Shown: positions 29,072 through 39,641, numbered from the stretch's first letter. The stretch: 64,000 nucleotides of DNA from an uncultured delta proteobacterium (GCA_963792965.1 CAWBYW010000007.1:128001-192000); one strand, 5' to 3'. Numbers and translations: made by a program. The notes: generated by a model from the letters alone, not told the origin.

Positions 29072-30460
29072 CTATACCCTCCCGCCGACGGTGATCTTGG
29101 GGATGCGGAGGGTCGGCTGGGCGTCGGCGACGGGCACTCCCTGGCCATCTTTCCCGCAGGTACCGATCCCGAAGCCGAGGTCGTTTCCCACCATGTCTAT
29201 CTCCATGAGAACCTGGGGGCCGTTTCCGGTGAGGATCGCGCCCCGCACCGGCCGGCCCACCTTACCTGCCTCTATGAGATATCCCTCGCTCACCTCAAAG
29301 ACAAACTGACCGTTTACCGTGTTGACCTGTCCGCCCCCCATTTTTTTTACCAACAGCCCTCTATCGACGGAAGCGATGATCCGGCCGGGATCCATGGTCC
29401 CCGGTGCTATCATGGTGTTGGTCATGCGTGGGATCGGCTTGTGTCGGTATGATTCCCGCCTGCCGTTTCCGGTGCTTTCCTGCTTTTCCTTGAGGGCGGT
29501 GAGCCGGTCGTACATGAAGCTGACGAGTACCCCCCTGTCAACGAGGACCGTCCTCTGGGACGGCGTTCCCTCGTCGTCGAAGACGAATGAGCCGCGCCTC
29601 GTGGGCAGAGTGGAGTCGTCCAGGACGGTAATAAGCTCGGAGGCGACCGTTTGGCCGAGCTTGCCGGAATAGACGGAGAGGTTCTTGCCGGCGAGATCCG
29701 CCTCCAGGCCGTGCCCGACCGCCTCATGGATCATCGTCCCGCCCGCCTCGGACGACAGCACCACGGGGAACTGACCGCCGGGGGCGGGCGCGGCCTCGAG
29801 CATCAGGTTCGCCTGACGGGCGGCGGTCCGCGCAACATCCTGAGGCGATTTCGTATCGAAGAGCTCAAAGCCCACGGTCCCCCCTACCGGCTCATAGCCC
29901 GTCTGAATGATCCCATCCTTTGCGGCGACGACATAGACCGCAAAGATCGAGCCGATCCGGGTCTCGGATGCGACGGTTCCGCTTGAGTTGGCGATCACCA
30001 CGTCTCTTCTCGTATCCCGGTAGATCACTCTCACCTGGCGTATATTGGGCTCGAGCCGGGCGGTCTCGTCGGCCGTCTTGACGTGCTCGATCTTCTTTCG
30101 GATATCGACGTCGGACGGATCGATCTTTATGGGGAGAATGAACGCGGGCTTGACGAGATTGAGCACGATATCCCCGGTGCGTGTCGAGGATTCGGCGAGC
30201 GACCGGCCCAGTTCATCGGCGACGGCCATCAGGTTCTTCTCGGCCGGGTCGTTCGTAAAGGCATAGGCGGTCTTGAAGTTTCTGATAAGCCTGAGGCCGA
30301 CGCCGGTGTCGATGCCGGAGATGACCTTCTCGATCTTGTTGTCCTCACAGATAATGGAGGTACCCACAGCCCTTTCGAAGAAGAACTCGGCGTATTGGCC
30401 TCCGTGCTTGAGGGTCGCTCCCAGGATCTTCTTATGGTCGATCTGCGCACTATTCGTCAT
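29072..30460 (-). CDS. tldD: TldD family metalloprotease
   Basis: HEAVGHGLEAD, DDEG, TGNGRR, PRMTNT, CGKDGQ..PV. Confidence 0.93.
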   Translation of the reverse strand: MTNSAQIDHKKILGATLKHGGQYAEFFFERAVGTSIICEDNKIEKVISGIDTGVGLRLIRNFKTAYAFTNDPAEKNLMAVADELGRSLAESSTRTGDIVLNLVKPAFILPIKIDPSDVDIRKKIEHVKTADETARLEPNIRQVRVIYRDTRRDVVIANSSGTVASETRIGSIFAVYVVAAKDGIIQTGYEPVGGTVGFELFDTKSPQDVARTAARQANLMLEAAPAPGGQFPVVLSSEAGGTMIHEAVGHGLEADLAGKNLSVYSGKLGQTVASELITVLDDSTLPTRRGSFVFDDEGTPSQRTVLVDRGVLVSFMYDRLTALKEKQESTGNGRRESYRHKPIPRMTNTMIAPGTMDPGRIIASVDRGLLVKKMGGGQVNTVNGQFVFEVSEGYLIEAGKVGRPVRGAILTGNGPQVLMEIDMVGNDLGFGIGTCGKDGQGVPVADAQPTLRIPKITVGGRV

Positions 30461-30462
30461 TG

Positions 30463-30861
30463 TCAGTACTTCCGTAAAAAATAGTCCGTAAGGATCGCGG
30501 CATGGTCAAACGCGAGAGGGGAGGGAAGAGCGCCCTCGGTGAATATCCGGACGACCTTTGCGTCGTCCCGGGCATATGGGGTTCCGTCGGCCCGAGCGAT
30601 ATAGACGGTCGTGATGGTATGATGACGCGGGTCGCGGCTCGGATCCGAATATGTGTGGAACTGTCTGATCAGCTCGATATCCAGAGAGGTTTCCTCCAGC
30701 GCTTCGCGAATGGCAGCCTGCTCCAACGACTCGCCCCAGTCGACGAACCCACCGGGTAGTGCCCATCCGGGAGGAGGATTCTTGCGCTTGATGAGCACGA
30801 CGCCCCCGCCGGTCTCTATGATGATGTCAACGGTGGGGAACGGATTCTTGTATTGCTCCAT
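30463..30861 (-). CDS. NUDIX hydrolase
   Basis: [24 protein letters not shown] Nudix box; RDPR, LAFDH. Confidence 0.92.
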   Translation of the reverse strand: MEQYKNPFPTVDIIIETGGGVVLIKRKNPPPGWALPGGFVDWGESLEQAAIREALEETSLDIELIRQFHTYSDPSRDPRHHTITTVYIARADGTPYARDDAKVVRIFTEGALPSPLAFDHAAILTDYFLRKY

Positions 30862-30945
30862 CTTTAAATGCTAACACAGGGTGGCGCGCCGTGTCAATTT
30901 TTTATTCCTTGACCCGATATAATAGGCGATGGTATAGTTTATGAC

Positions 30946-31605
30946 ATGGCTCAACTTGTCGGCATCTTTATCACCTCTTTTGTGATCGCACTTTCCGGCG
31001 CCCTCATGCCCGGCCCCCTGCTGACGGTAACGATCAATGAGAGCCTCAGGCGGGGGCCCTGGACGGGTCCGCTCATGATCCTCGGGCACGCGCTGTTGGA
31101 GCTCGTTCTCATCGTCGTTATTCTCTGGGGACTGGGGCCGATAATCAGACACAATCTCGTCCTTGCGGTCATCGCATTTTTCGGAAGCTTTGTCCTGCTC
31201 TGGATGGGTTTTTCGATGATTTCCGGGTTTCGGTCTCTGACGCTCTCGGGGCAGTTTGAGCCGGAGCCGCGAGGCGGCGTTTCGCGGATATTGAATAGCC
31301 CCGTAATCGCCGGCATTGTTGTCAGCCTCTCCAATCCGTACTGGTTCGTCTGGTGGTTCACGATCGGCCTTGCCTATATTTTCATCTCGGCAAAGATAGG
31401 GATGGGAGGAGTAGTCGTCTTTTTCGTCGGCCACATCCTTGCCGATTTGCTCTGGTACAGCATCGTTTCCACATCTGTGAGCCTCGGTAGGAAGTTCTTC
31501 ACCGATTCTCTTTACCGGGGCGTCGTTTTTACCTGCGGGGTATTCCTCATTTTCTTCTCCGTCTATTTTTTTCACGCGGGATTTGACTATTTACTAAAAG
31601 TATAA
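30946..31605 (+). CDS. LysE family transporter
   Basis: SGALMPGPL, GHALLE, SLSNPYW..WW. Confidence 0.88.
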   Translation: MAQLVGIFITSFVIALSGALMPGPLLTVTINESLRRGPWTGPLMILGHALLELVLIVVILWGLGPIIRHNLVLAVIAFFGSFVLLWMGFSMISGFRSLTLSGQFEPEPRGGVSRILNSPVIAGIVVSLSNPYWFVWWFTIGLAYIFISAKIGMGGVVVFFVGHILADLLWYSIVSTSVSLGRKFFTDSLYRGVVFTCGVFLIFFSVYFFHAGFDYLLKV

Positions 31606-31615
31606 GGGCACCGCT

Positions 31616-33037
31616 ATGACCGAGATAAAATTCGGAACATCGGGCTGGCGCGGGATCATCGCCGATGATTTTACCCTCTATAACTTGCGTGCCGCCTCTC
31701 AGGCGATCGCCGATTACGTCAAAGAAAAGGGGGAAGACAAGGGAGGGATTATCGTCGGATACGACTGCCGGTTTATGGGACGACGATTTGCCCAGGAATC
31801 GGCGGAGGTCCTGGCGGGAAACGGGGTAAAGGTCCTGGTCTCAAAGAGGGACGTGCCGACTCCGACGATCAGCTATGCCGTCGTCTCGGGGAAGGGGAGC
31901 GGCGCCGTAAATATTACCGCAAGCCATAACCCGCCGGAATATACCGGCGTGAAGTATTCGTCTAAATGGGGAGGGCCCGCACTTCCCGAGGCAACCGGAT
32001 GGATCGAAAAACGGGCAAATGAGCTGGCGAAATCGGGGAATTTTCAGATCCTGAAAGAGTCGGAGGCCAAATCGAGAGGCCTCTGGGAGGAGGTAGACCT
32101 GGCCGACGACTATCTGATGGGCCTTGAAAAAAAGATCGACTTTTCCATCATCAAAGAAAGGGGGATGACGATCGCGTACGATCCCCTCTACTCTACGGGC
32201 ATGGGGTATCTCGACAGGATCCTCACCCGTCACGGGATAGATGTCGTCATGATCCATGACTGGCACGACCCGCTCTTCGGCGGGGGCGCGCCGGACCCCT
32301 CCGGGTCGCGGCTGGCCGAGCTTTCGCATCTCGTCAAAGAGAAGGATAACGTTATCATCGGCCTTGCGACCGACGGGGACGCCGATCGGTTCGGGATCGT
32401 GGATAAAGACGGCGCCTTTATCGAGCCCAATTACGTCATCGCGCTTCTCCTGGATTACCTTATCGCGGAGAAGGGATATAAGGGGGGCGCGGCGCGGACC
32501 GTCGCGACGACGCACCTGATCGACGCCGTCGCGAAAAGCCACGGCATCACATGCTATGAGACCCCGGTCGGATTCAAGTATATCGGTCAGTATATCGCCG
32601 AGGACAAGATCGCGGCGGGAGGGGAGGAGAGCGCGGGGTTTTCCATCTCCGGCCATGTCCCGGAAAAAGACGGCATCATCGCGTGTCTCTTAACGCTCGA
32701 GATGGTCTGCCGTGAAAAAAAGACGCTCGCCGAGCTGCTGGCTGAGTTATATCGGAAGGTTGGGACCTACCGGACAAGACGGGAGAACCTGAGGCTGACC
32801 GATGATTTGAATAATGAATTTACGAAGAAAATGACCGTATCACCCGTCGAATTTGCCGGTGTCCCCGTAGTGAAAAAGATCACCATAGATGGTAATAAGT
32901 TTGTGCTGAAAGACGGGTCGTGGATACTGTTTCGAAAGTCGGGAACGGAACCCGTTGTGCGGATTTATGCGGAGGCCTCCGACGACACGAAGCTGACGCG
33001 GCTCATGAAATCAGGGGCCGATTTCATCACCACATAG
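31616..33037 (+). CDS. Phosphoglucomutase/phosphomannomutase family protein
   Basis: FGTSGWRG, TASHNP, DGDADR, GGEES, RKSGTEP. Confidence 0.93.
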   Translation: MTEIKFGTSGWRGIIADDFTLYNLRAASQAIADYVKEKGEDKGGIIVGYDCRFMGRRFAQESAEVLAGNGVKVLVSKRDVPTPTISYAVVSGKGSGAVNITASHNPPEYTGVKYSSKWGGPALPEATGWIEKRANELAKSGNFQILKESEAKSRGLWEEVDLADDYLMGLEKKIDFSIIKERGMTIAYDPLYSTGMGYLDRILTRHGIDVVMIHDWHDPLFGGGAPDPSGSRLAELSHLVKEKDNVIIGLATDGDADRFGIVDKDGAFIEPNYVIALLLDYLIAEKGYKGGAARTVATTHLIDAVAKSHGITCYETPVGFKYIGQYIAEDKIAAGGEESAGFSISGHVPEKDGIIACLLTLEMVCREKKTLAELLAELYRKVGTYRTRRENLRLTDDLNNEFTKKMTVSPVEFAGVPVVKKITIDGNKFVLKDGSWILFRKSGTEPVVRIYAEASDDTKLTRLMKSGADFITT

Positions 33038-33051
33038 TAAGGATAGACAAC

Positions 33052-34083
33052 GTGAAAATACGCATCGCGATACTCCTGGCGGTTATGCTCCTGACTTCTA
33101 CGGCGCTCGCCGCAGAACAGGAGCCGGTAACGGCTAAAGACACCCCGAAGATGCGAGAGGCCTACGAGAATTTCGTTCTCGGAGAAAAAAACCCGGCTTC
33201 CGCGAAGAACAACGAGGGGAATTTTTACCTGATCAAGGGGCGATATGATGAGGCAATCAATAAATATCGAGAAGCCCTCGCGACAGACCCTGCGGACACC
33301 CTTATCCTCGACAATCTCTCGTGGGCCCTGATTATGGCCGGGCGCTATCAAGAGGCGCTTGAATCCCTCAAACAATCTATCGCGATTGATCCGAAGAACG
33401 CGTCGACGAACTTTTACGTTGGGGTCGTCTACTGGATGCTTTCCGACGTGACGGACGCAAAGCCGAATCTCGAAAAGGCGGTCGCCCTCAATCCGGGTCA
33501 CCCCTATGCTCACTACTACCTTTCGATGGTCTATGAAAAACAGGGAGACCTCACCAACGCCATTGTACAGGGAGAGCTTGCCGCCTATATCCTCGGCAAA
33601 TCATGGAACCCCGATATCGCCCTCTATCTCGGCGATCTTTACGCCCGTGCAGAGATGTTTCAGAAGGCGTTGCTCCAGTACCAGAAGCTGGTCGACGAAA
33701 AGGACTACGCCTTTAGGGCTAATTATGGGCTCGGGATTGCCTACGGGAGATTCGGTGACGAAAAGATGTGCGAGAAGCATCTGTTGATGGCATATGATCT
33801 CAACCATAAAGATCCGATGGTCTCCTACGCCCTCGGGAAGCTCTACTCACAAAAGAACGATAAGCTAAAGAAGGCGCTCAGTTTTGCCAAGGATGCCCTC
33901 GGAGATGAGCCGACGAATCACCGTTTCCTCTATCTCGTCGGCTGGATCTATTATCGAATGGGGGAGAATGAAGACGCGCTCTCCTACATGAAGAAGGCGC
34001 TTACGGCCGACCCCGAGAATGCAACCTACCGAACTCAGGTGAAGGTGCTTGAAAGCGAACTGTCAAGAAAAGAGGGAAGATGA
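33052..34083 (+). CDS. Secreted TPR-repeat protein
   Basis: GTG start, signal peptide, multiple TPR repeats. Confidence 0.8.
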   Translation: MKIRIAILLAVMLLTSTALAAEQEPVTAKDTPKMREAYENFVLGEKNPASAKNNEGNFYLIKGRYDEAINKYREALATDPADTLILDNLSWALIMAGRYQEALESLKQSIAIDPKNASTNFYVGVVYWMLSDVTDAKPNLEKAVALNPGHPYAHYYLSMVYEKQGDLTNAIVQGELAAYILGKSWNPDIALYLGDLYARAEMFQKALLQYQKLVDEKDYAFRANYGLGIAYGRFGDEKMCEKHLLMAYDLNHKDPMVSYALGKLYSQKNDKLKKALSFAKDALGDEPTNHRFLYLVGWIYYRMGENEDALSYMKKALTADPENATYRTQVKVLESELSRKEGR

Positions 34084-34142
34084 TTCTTTACTGCTTGACA
34101 AAGAAAGAAACATAGTGTTAAATATATCCGTTTTGGACATAA

Positions 34143-34217
34143 GCGGGAATAGCTCAGCGGTAGAGCATCGCCTTGCCAAGGCGAGGGTCGCGGGTTCAAA
34201 TCCCGTTTCCCGCTCCA
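34143..34217 (+). tRNA. tRNA-Gly(GCC)
   Basis: GCGGGAA/TTCCCGC acceptor stem, anticodon loop TTGCCAA, GTTCAAATC, CCA end. Confidence 0.97.
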
Positions 34218-34225
34218 CTTCTTCA

Positions 34226-34299
34226 GGCGGCATCGCCAAGTGGTAAGGCAAAGGTCTGCAAAACCTTCATCCCCGGTTCAAATCCGGGTGCCGCCTCCA
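34226..34299 (+). tRNA. tRNA-Cys(GCA)
   Basis: GGCGGCA/TGCCGCC stem, loop CTGCAAA, GTTCAAATC, CCA end. Confidence 0.97.
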
Positions 34300-34306
34300 A
34301 GTTCTT

Positions 34307-34393
34307 GCCTGGGTGGCGGAATAGGTAGACGCAAGGGACTTAAAATCCCTCGACGGCAACGTCGTGCCGGTTCGATTCCGGCCCCAGGCACCA
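34307..34393 (+). tRNA. tRNA-Leu(TAA)
   Basis: GCCTGGG/CCCAGGC stem, loop CTTAAAA, long variable arm, CCA end. Confidence 0.97.
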
Positions 34394-34445
34394 CGAGTCG
34401 AAAGATCTCCACGGGTTGGCTGACATGCCGACCTTCTTTGTTTTG
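34331..34445 (+). repeat. Left att-like direct repeat (tRNA-Leu 3' part plus ~52 nt downstream)
   Basis: 115 nt, near-identical to 38203..38317. Confidence 0.9.
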
Positions 34446-34469
34446 CATTTGGTTAAGCTTATGGTCTCT

Positions 34470-34625
34470 TCATCTTTTTATGAGCTTCTCCCTTTTTTTG
34501 GTGGGTAGACGCCACCAACAGAAGACATAGTCTATCAACGCCTTCCACGAGTGGCCCGCCCGTTTGTGATAGATGTTTTTCTGCTTTACATTCTTTCCGA
34601 CCTTGGTGAGTTCTTTACCTGCCAT
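34470..34625 (-). CDS. Small basic hypothetical protein (51 aa)
   Basis: AGAGGA RBS then MAGKELTKVGKNVKQKNIYHKRAGHSWKALIDYVFCWWRLPTKKREKLIKR*; below the ORF-track cutoff. Confidence 0.4.
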   Translation of the reverse strand: MAGKELTKVGKNVKQKNIYHKRAGHSWKALIDYVFCWWRLPTKKREKLIKR

Positions 34626-34939
34626 TTATTTATCCTCTTAATTAACCCCTAAATGATCTTCATGTCAATGCTCAATGAGGATAATATTTATTCTTAGCAT
34701 AATACTTATAAGCTTTAATTGTTAAAGTCAAGCGCGTTCCGTACAGTTCGTCCTCTCGGGTCAGCCCTATTAGGCGGCTACCCCTTCAGGGCTAACAGGA
34801 CCACCGCGAGTCGTTACTTATTTACTTGTCACCTGTCAACATTTTAGTGACTAGCGCACATAGGCCTTTACTTGTCCCCTCATCTCGACTGCAAAAAGTT
34901 CGTTAAACTGATACAGCCTCACGATGGGCGGCGGGTCAC

Positions 34940-36226
34940 TTACGGCCGCTTGGACCAGCAACAATGCTTTGCCTTGCGGCCACTGCCGCAGGGACATGGG
35001 TCGTTCCGTCCGACACCTCGCCACCGAGCCAGTGACTCGGCACGCAGTTCGGCCATAATGGCGTCGGGAGTTAACCCGCGTTTCCTGAGCTGCATGACTT
35101 GTCTCAATGGTTGTTCAGCGTGAGCAAAGAACTGCCGAAAACCGCCGCAGAGATAATTAAGTCCGGGCTCACCATTCTCTGCTAAAGCGAACCGGTCTTT
35201 AAGACACCCCCCATTGCATATCGCAAGCCACGAACAAGAGCGACATTGCAAAGGAAGGCGGGCTCGTTTGTCGTTGCCGAAGCGGCGCTGTACCGGTACG
35301 TCAACCAGCGTACTAAGGGGGCAGGTCTCAATGTCACCGATGCGGTGGTCAGGAGTAACAAAGTGATCGCACGAGTACACACCGCCGTCATGCTCAACGA
35401 TGAGCACCCGACCGCATGTCGGGGCCATCCAGCATAAGCTGGCAGTCCCCCCTGACCATACCAGTGCCATTTCGGCGAACAGTTGTATATCCAGCCGTCC
35501 GAGATCGTGGCGGATCCATTCGTCGAAAACTGTACACAAGAAATACCCATATCCCTCGCCTGTCACAGACTCCGATGTCGTCTGTCCGTCCGTTGTGCGC
35601 CGCACGATGGGTATGAACTGGATCCATCCTGTATTAAGGTCTCTAAGCGCCCGGTAAACGGCGATAGGTTCTTTTGCGGTTGCGGATGTTACTGTGCACA
35701 GCAAATCAGGCTGAATACCATGGGCTTGCAGTCGGCGGACAGCCGCGACCGCACGTCCATAAGTGCCGCTGCCGCTGTGGTCTTTTCGGTATTCGTCATG
35801 CAGCCATTGTGTGCCGTCTATACTCAGCCCCACATCAAAGTGGGCATCTGCCAAAAACGAGCACCACTCATCATCAAGAAGAATCCCATTTGTCTGGAGA
35901 TTGTTCCAGCAACTCCATCCTTCCGGGAGGTATCGCTTCTGCAGTTCCACTGCAAGCCGGTAGAAGTCAAGTCCGGCCAGCGTTGGTTCCCCGCCATGCC
36001 ATGTAAACTGCACGATAGGCCCCGGGCTTGCCGCTATGTACTGACGGACATACATTTCAAGCAGACTGTCCGACATTCGGAATTGATGTGAACTTTTATA
36101 AAAACGCTCGGTCTCTAAATAATAACAGTAACTACATTCCAGGTTACAGAGCGGACCGACTGGCTTGGCCATGACAACGAATGGCTCTGAAGCCATAGTA
36201 CCAATCTTGGGGGCTTCGCCTTGCAT
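34940..36226 (-). CDS. Anaerobic sulfatase maturase-type radical SAM/SPASM protein with C-terminal SEC-C motif
   Basis: CNLECSYC, WHGGEP, YSCDHFV, CRSC...CNGGC, GRNDPCPCGSG. Confidence 0.92.
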   Translation of the reverse strand: MQGEAPKIGTMASEPFVVMAKPVGPLCNLECSYCYYLETERFYKSSHQFRMSDSLLEMYVRQYIAASPGPIVQFTWHGGEPTLAGLDFYRLAVELQKRYLPEGWSCWNNLQTNGILLDDEWCSFLADAHFDVGLSIDGTQWLHDEYRKDHSGSGTYGRAVAAVRRLQAHGIQPDLLCTVTSATAKEPIAVYRALRDLNTGWIQFIPIVRRTTDGQTTSESVTGEGYGYFLCTVFDEWIRHDLGRLDIQLFAEMALVWSGGTASLCWMAPTCGRVLIVEHDGGVYSCDHFVTPDHRIGDIETCPLSTLVDVPVQRRFGNDKRARLPLQCRSCSWLAICNGGCLKDRFALAENGEPGLNYLCGGFRQFFAHAEQPLRQVMQLRKRGLTPDAIMAELRAESLARWRGVGRNDPCPCGSGRKAKHCCWSKRP

Positions 36227-36250
36227 TTCAACTACCTTCCTCTTAGGACA

Positions 36251-37018
36251 TCAGCGATGTTCCCCAAAGAAATCAAAGACCTTCTGCCATGCATCCATCG
36301 CCTGTTGCGGCCGGTACATGTCGTTATGATAATACCAAAATCCGTGTCCCGCGCCATCATAGCGATAGAATTTATAATTCTTCCCATATTTCTTAAGCTC
36401 TTCTTCGTGCAAGTCTACCTCTTCCGGTGTAGGGTATTGATCCTCGTTTCCAAACAACCCCAACAGAGGACAACCCAGTTGCTGCGTATAGTCAATTGGA
36501 GCAACAGGCTGGGCAGGCGTCAGATTTTCTTTTGAGACGACCACGCGGCCGCCCCAGCAGTCAACGGCCGCATTAAGGCCATTGATCCTGCACGCAGCGA
36601 GAAATGCATGGCGCCCACCGGAGCACATACCTATTACGCCTACTTTGCCGTTGGAATAAGGCAAAGAGGTCAGGTATTTCAAAGCTCCCTCACAATCTCC
36701 CATCACGCTGTCATCGGCAACGCCACCCGCGGCGCGGGCTTTTGCCGATATTTCCGCAGGAGACCCGTGTCCAAACCGGCAATAAATGTCGGGGCAGACT
36801 GCAAGATACCCATGCTGGGAGAACCGGCGAGAGGTCTCACGGCAGAACTCATCCCACCCAGGCATATGAGGAATCAATATTATCCCCGGGAACGGCCCCT
36901 TCCCAAGCGGTCGTGAAAAGTAGGCGTGTATCTGATCGCCGTTATGTCCGGTCATTGTGATTGTCTCAGCCAGCATCCCTTCATACTCATCAGTTCTTAA
37001 TTGGTCCCACATAATCAT
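36251..37018 (-). CDS. Dienelactone hydrolase family protein
   Basis: GVIGMCSGG nucleophile, YDGAGHGF, AMDAW. Confidence 0.9.
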   Translation of the reverse strand: MIMWDQLRTDEYEGMLAETITMTGHNGDQIHAYFSRPLGKGPFPGIILIPHMPGWDEFCRETSRRFSQHGYLAVCPDIYCRFGHGSPAEISAKARAAGGVADDSVMGDCEGALKYLTSLPYSNGKVGVIGMCSGGRHAFLAACRINGLNAAVDCWGGRVVVSKENLTPAQPVAPIDYTQQLGCPLLGLFGNEDQYPTPEEVDLHEEELKKYGKNYKFYRYDGAGHGFWYYHNDMYRPQQAMDAWQKVFDFFGEHR

Positions 37019-37224
37019 CCTCCTTGCCTTATTGATCTTTTGCCATATCTTAACTTGATTATAAACCTAAGGAACGAATTTGGATACTCTATACAAACCT
37101 GTGGTTAGTATGTTATCTACGCTCAAAGCAATGCAGGTTCTATCTCGCTCTTTATCTTATCAGAATATATGGAAAGTGGCAGGTAATTCCTAAAGGCTTC
37201 AAGATGTTGGGACTGGCTATCCAT

Positions 37225-37271
<47 letters not shown>

Positions 37272-37627
37272 CAAGGTCAATCAGTTAAGGGTCATTCGTG
37301 ACCCCTCTTTATTGCACGATAGCAACCTGCTCCCCGAAAGCGAGTCCATGTCATAAATTAGAGTTTCAAGTAAAACGGACTCAGAAAGGAGGGCAAATCA
37401 GTGGACACGAAATATACGCCTGTGGACTAACTTAAGCGGTGGTATTTTTGATAGGGATATGTCACCGCTTTCTATTACTTGCCCCCATTGGTTTTTATGG
37501 GCACCTGATTTATGATGCCTTTTTTCTTTTTGCTGATTTCAGAGAAGTGTACTATACTCTGAACCACCGAGCGGAAAGCGAGAGGCAGGAAGAAGCGCAT
37601 ATACTATTATAGGGAGGAATATTACCC

Positions 37628-37804
37628 ATGGCAAAGAGTAACCCTGGAGTGTTTGCGAGGATAAAAGAAAAACTATTTGGGAAGAAGGAAACACCCAAAA
37701 AAGCAAGCTCTTCTAAGAGCTCTGCTGCGACAAAAGCGATAGTAAAGAGCACAGGCAAGAAAAAGTCGGGAGAGAAAAGAAAGAAACCTGCAAAAAAGAA
37801 ATAG
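37628..37804 (+). CDS. Small Lys/Ser/Ala-rich basic protein (58 aa)
   Basis: AGGGAGGA RBS; MAKSNPGVFARIKEKLFGKKETPKKASSSKSSAATKAIVKSTGKKKSGEKRKKPAKKK*. Confidence 0.55.
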   Translation: MAKSNPGVFARIKEKLFGKKETPKKASSSKSSAATKAIVKSTGKKKSGEKRKKPAKKK

Positions 37805-38202
37805 TCAGCGGTATTCTCGGCCAGCTCCTCATTGCTTCTCTTGGGACATCCAAATATCTGGATGCCCTTTTCATTTCGGAAGGTGGCATATTACATCTCT
37901 GCTCGGCGTGGGAGTGGAGAGGGGAGGGAACGGGCAAACCGAACGTAGGTCTTTTCGATGACGCTCGAAAATTGGGTTGAGAATACCCCGACTTAGAATT
38001 ATAAGACCAGGTACTAAAAAACTGTTCCACTTTTTCAAAAAAAAGTAGCTTCATTCTGCCTTTTCTGATAATGTAGTAAAAGTAAAACGCATTTGATGTT
38101 TTGGGAGAGAATCCGCAACAGTGCGTAATTAAAAGGAGTTTTGGTTTTTGCCAAGCCCTGCCTTACCTTCAGTCTTTAGGTGTTTTCACTTAATTTACTC
38201 GT

Positions 38203-38317
38203 GCAAGGGAGTTAAAATCCCTCGACGGCAACGTCGTGCCGGTTCGATTCCGGCCCCAGGCACCACGAGTCGAAAGATCTCCACGGGTTGGCTGACACGC
38301 CGACCTTTTTTGTTTTG
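38203..38317 (+). repeat. Right att-like direct repeat (duplicated tRNA-Leu 3' part)
   Basis: Copy of 34331..34445 with about 3 substitutions. Confidence 0.9.
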
Positions 38318-38651
38318 TCCATTTGCCGACAGAGCACGAAGTAACACTTCTTTGTGTGAGCTCACGACGTTCCGGTATAAGAGAATAGACTGGGACAGGC
38401 CGGCGGCATCTCACCGCGTGATACCGACTGAAATCATCGATACCGGCCTTCTATCCCTTTTACCGTTACGCGGGCCGGTGGCCTCACAAGCGCAGGGCGC
38501 AGATACTTCCCATGACACAGGTCGATCGGGAGCGGTGGCCGGACACGGGCGGCATCGAAAGCGCTGACGTCCCGAGGTCGGCAGGAAGACGGATCGGCGA
38601 CGCGCAAAGAAGCACGTCATAAATAATCCGAACAAAAAGTGGAGTTTCGAG

Positions 38652-39641
38652 ATGAAGCGAGTAGTGACATTCGGAGAATCGATGATACGGCTTTCGCCGC
38701 CGGGGTTCGGCCGGCTCGAGCAACCCGGCTCGTTTGACCTCCACGTGGGAGGTGCCGAGCTTAACGTGGCGGCCGGTATCGCGCGGCTCGGGATCAATTC
38801 CGCCTTTGTGACCGCGCTCCCCGAAAACCCCCTCGGAAGGCTCGTCTCCAACGAGATACGGCGTGCCGGCGTCGATACCAAGCACATCCTGTGGCAGCGC
38901 GACGGCAGGGTGGGCCTCTATTTTGTGGAGTACGGGGCAAATCCCCGTCCATCCCGGGTCGTCTACGACAGAGAGGGGTCGGCTATCGGCCGGCTAAAGG
39001 GAAGCGAGATCGATTGGAAGAAGATCTTCTCCGAATATGAGCATTTTCACACTACCGGTATAACGCCGGCGCTCGGCGCGGGGTGTCTCGAGCTGACCAG
39101 GAGCGCGCTGGCGACGGCAAAGAAGATGGGGCTTTCCACGAGTTTCGATCTCAACTATCGTGTCCGACTCTGGAGCGAGGTGAGGGCCCAGGACTCTATT
39201 ATGCCCCTCATGGAGTTGATCGATCACCTGATTACCACCGAGGAAGATATCTTTCGTGTTTTCAAGATCAAGGGAGAAAACTTCGAAACGCTGGCTAAGG
39301 ATCTCGTCGGGCGGTTTTCGCTCCAATCGTGCGCAATAACCCTCAGGGAAGACGTCTCGGTTCTGAGGAACCGCTGGACCGCTGTAGCGTCGGACGGCAG
39401 GAGCATTTTCAAAGATAAGCAGTACGAGGTCGAGGTGGTCGATCGGGTCGGGTCGGGAGACGCCTTTGGCGCCGGATATATCTACGGTGTCATTACGGGA
39501 GACATCGGGATGGGGGTTAAGGTCGGCAACGCCATGGCGTCACTGAAGCATTCGGTTCCCGGCGATATGATCGTCTGCGAAAAGGAAGAGATCATGAGCC
39601 TCGCCCAGGGCAGGGACACATCCCTGCGCATCAAACGGTGA
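38652..39641 (+). CDS. PfkB sugar kinase, 2-keto-3-deoxygluconate kinase-like
   Basis: FGESMIRL, GGAELNVA, FDLNYR, VDRVGSGDAF. Confidence 0.88.
   Translation: MKRVVTFGESMIRLSPPGFGRLEQPGSFDLHVGGAELNVAAGIARLGINSAFVTALPENPLGRLVSNEIRRAGVDTKHILWQRDGRVGLYFVEYGANPRPSRVVYDREGSAIGRLKGSEIDWKKIFSEYEHFHTTGITPALGAGCLELTRSALATAKKMGLSTSFDLNYRVRLWSEVRAQDSIMPLMELIDHLITTEEDIFRVFKIKGENFETLAKDLVGRFSLQSCAITLREDVSVLRNRWTAVASDGRSIFKDKQYEVEVVDRVGSGDAFGAGYIYGVITGDIGMGVKVGNAMASLKHSVPGDMIVCEKEEIMSLAQGRDTSLRIKR

Noticed and set aside
34732-34760. CGTACAGTTC resembling group II intron domain V
   Set aside because: No matching 5' strand of domain V and no reverse transcriptase remnant
37713-38054. Minus-strand ORF next to the right repeat containing KRASRYLDVPREAMRSW, faintly like an excisionase HTH or integrase C-terminus
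   Set aside because: Too short and ambiguous to call without a profile search
38203-38265. Second tRNA-Leu gene
   Set aside because: Lacks the 5' acceptor strand and D arm; it is the att duplication
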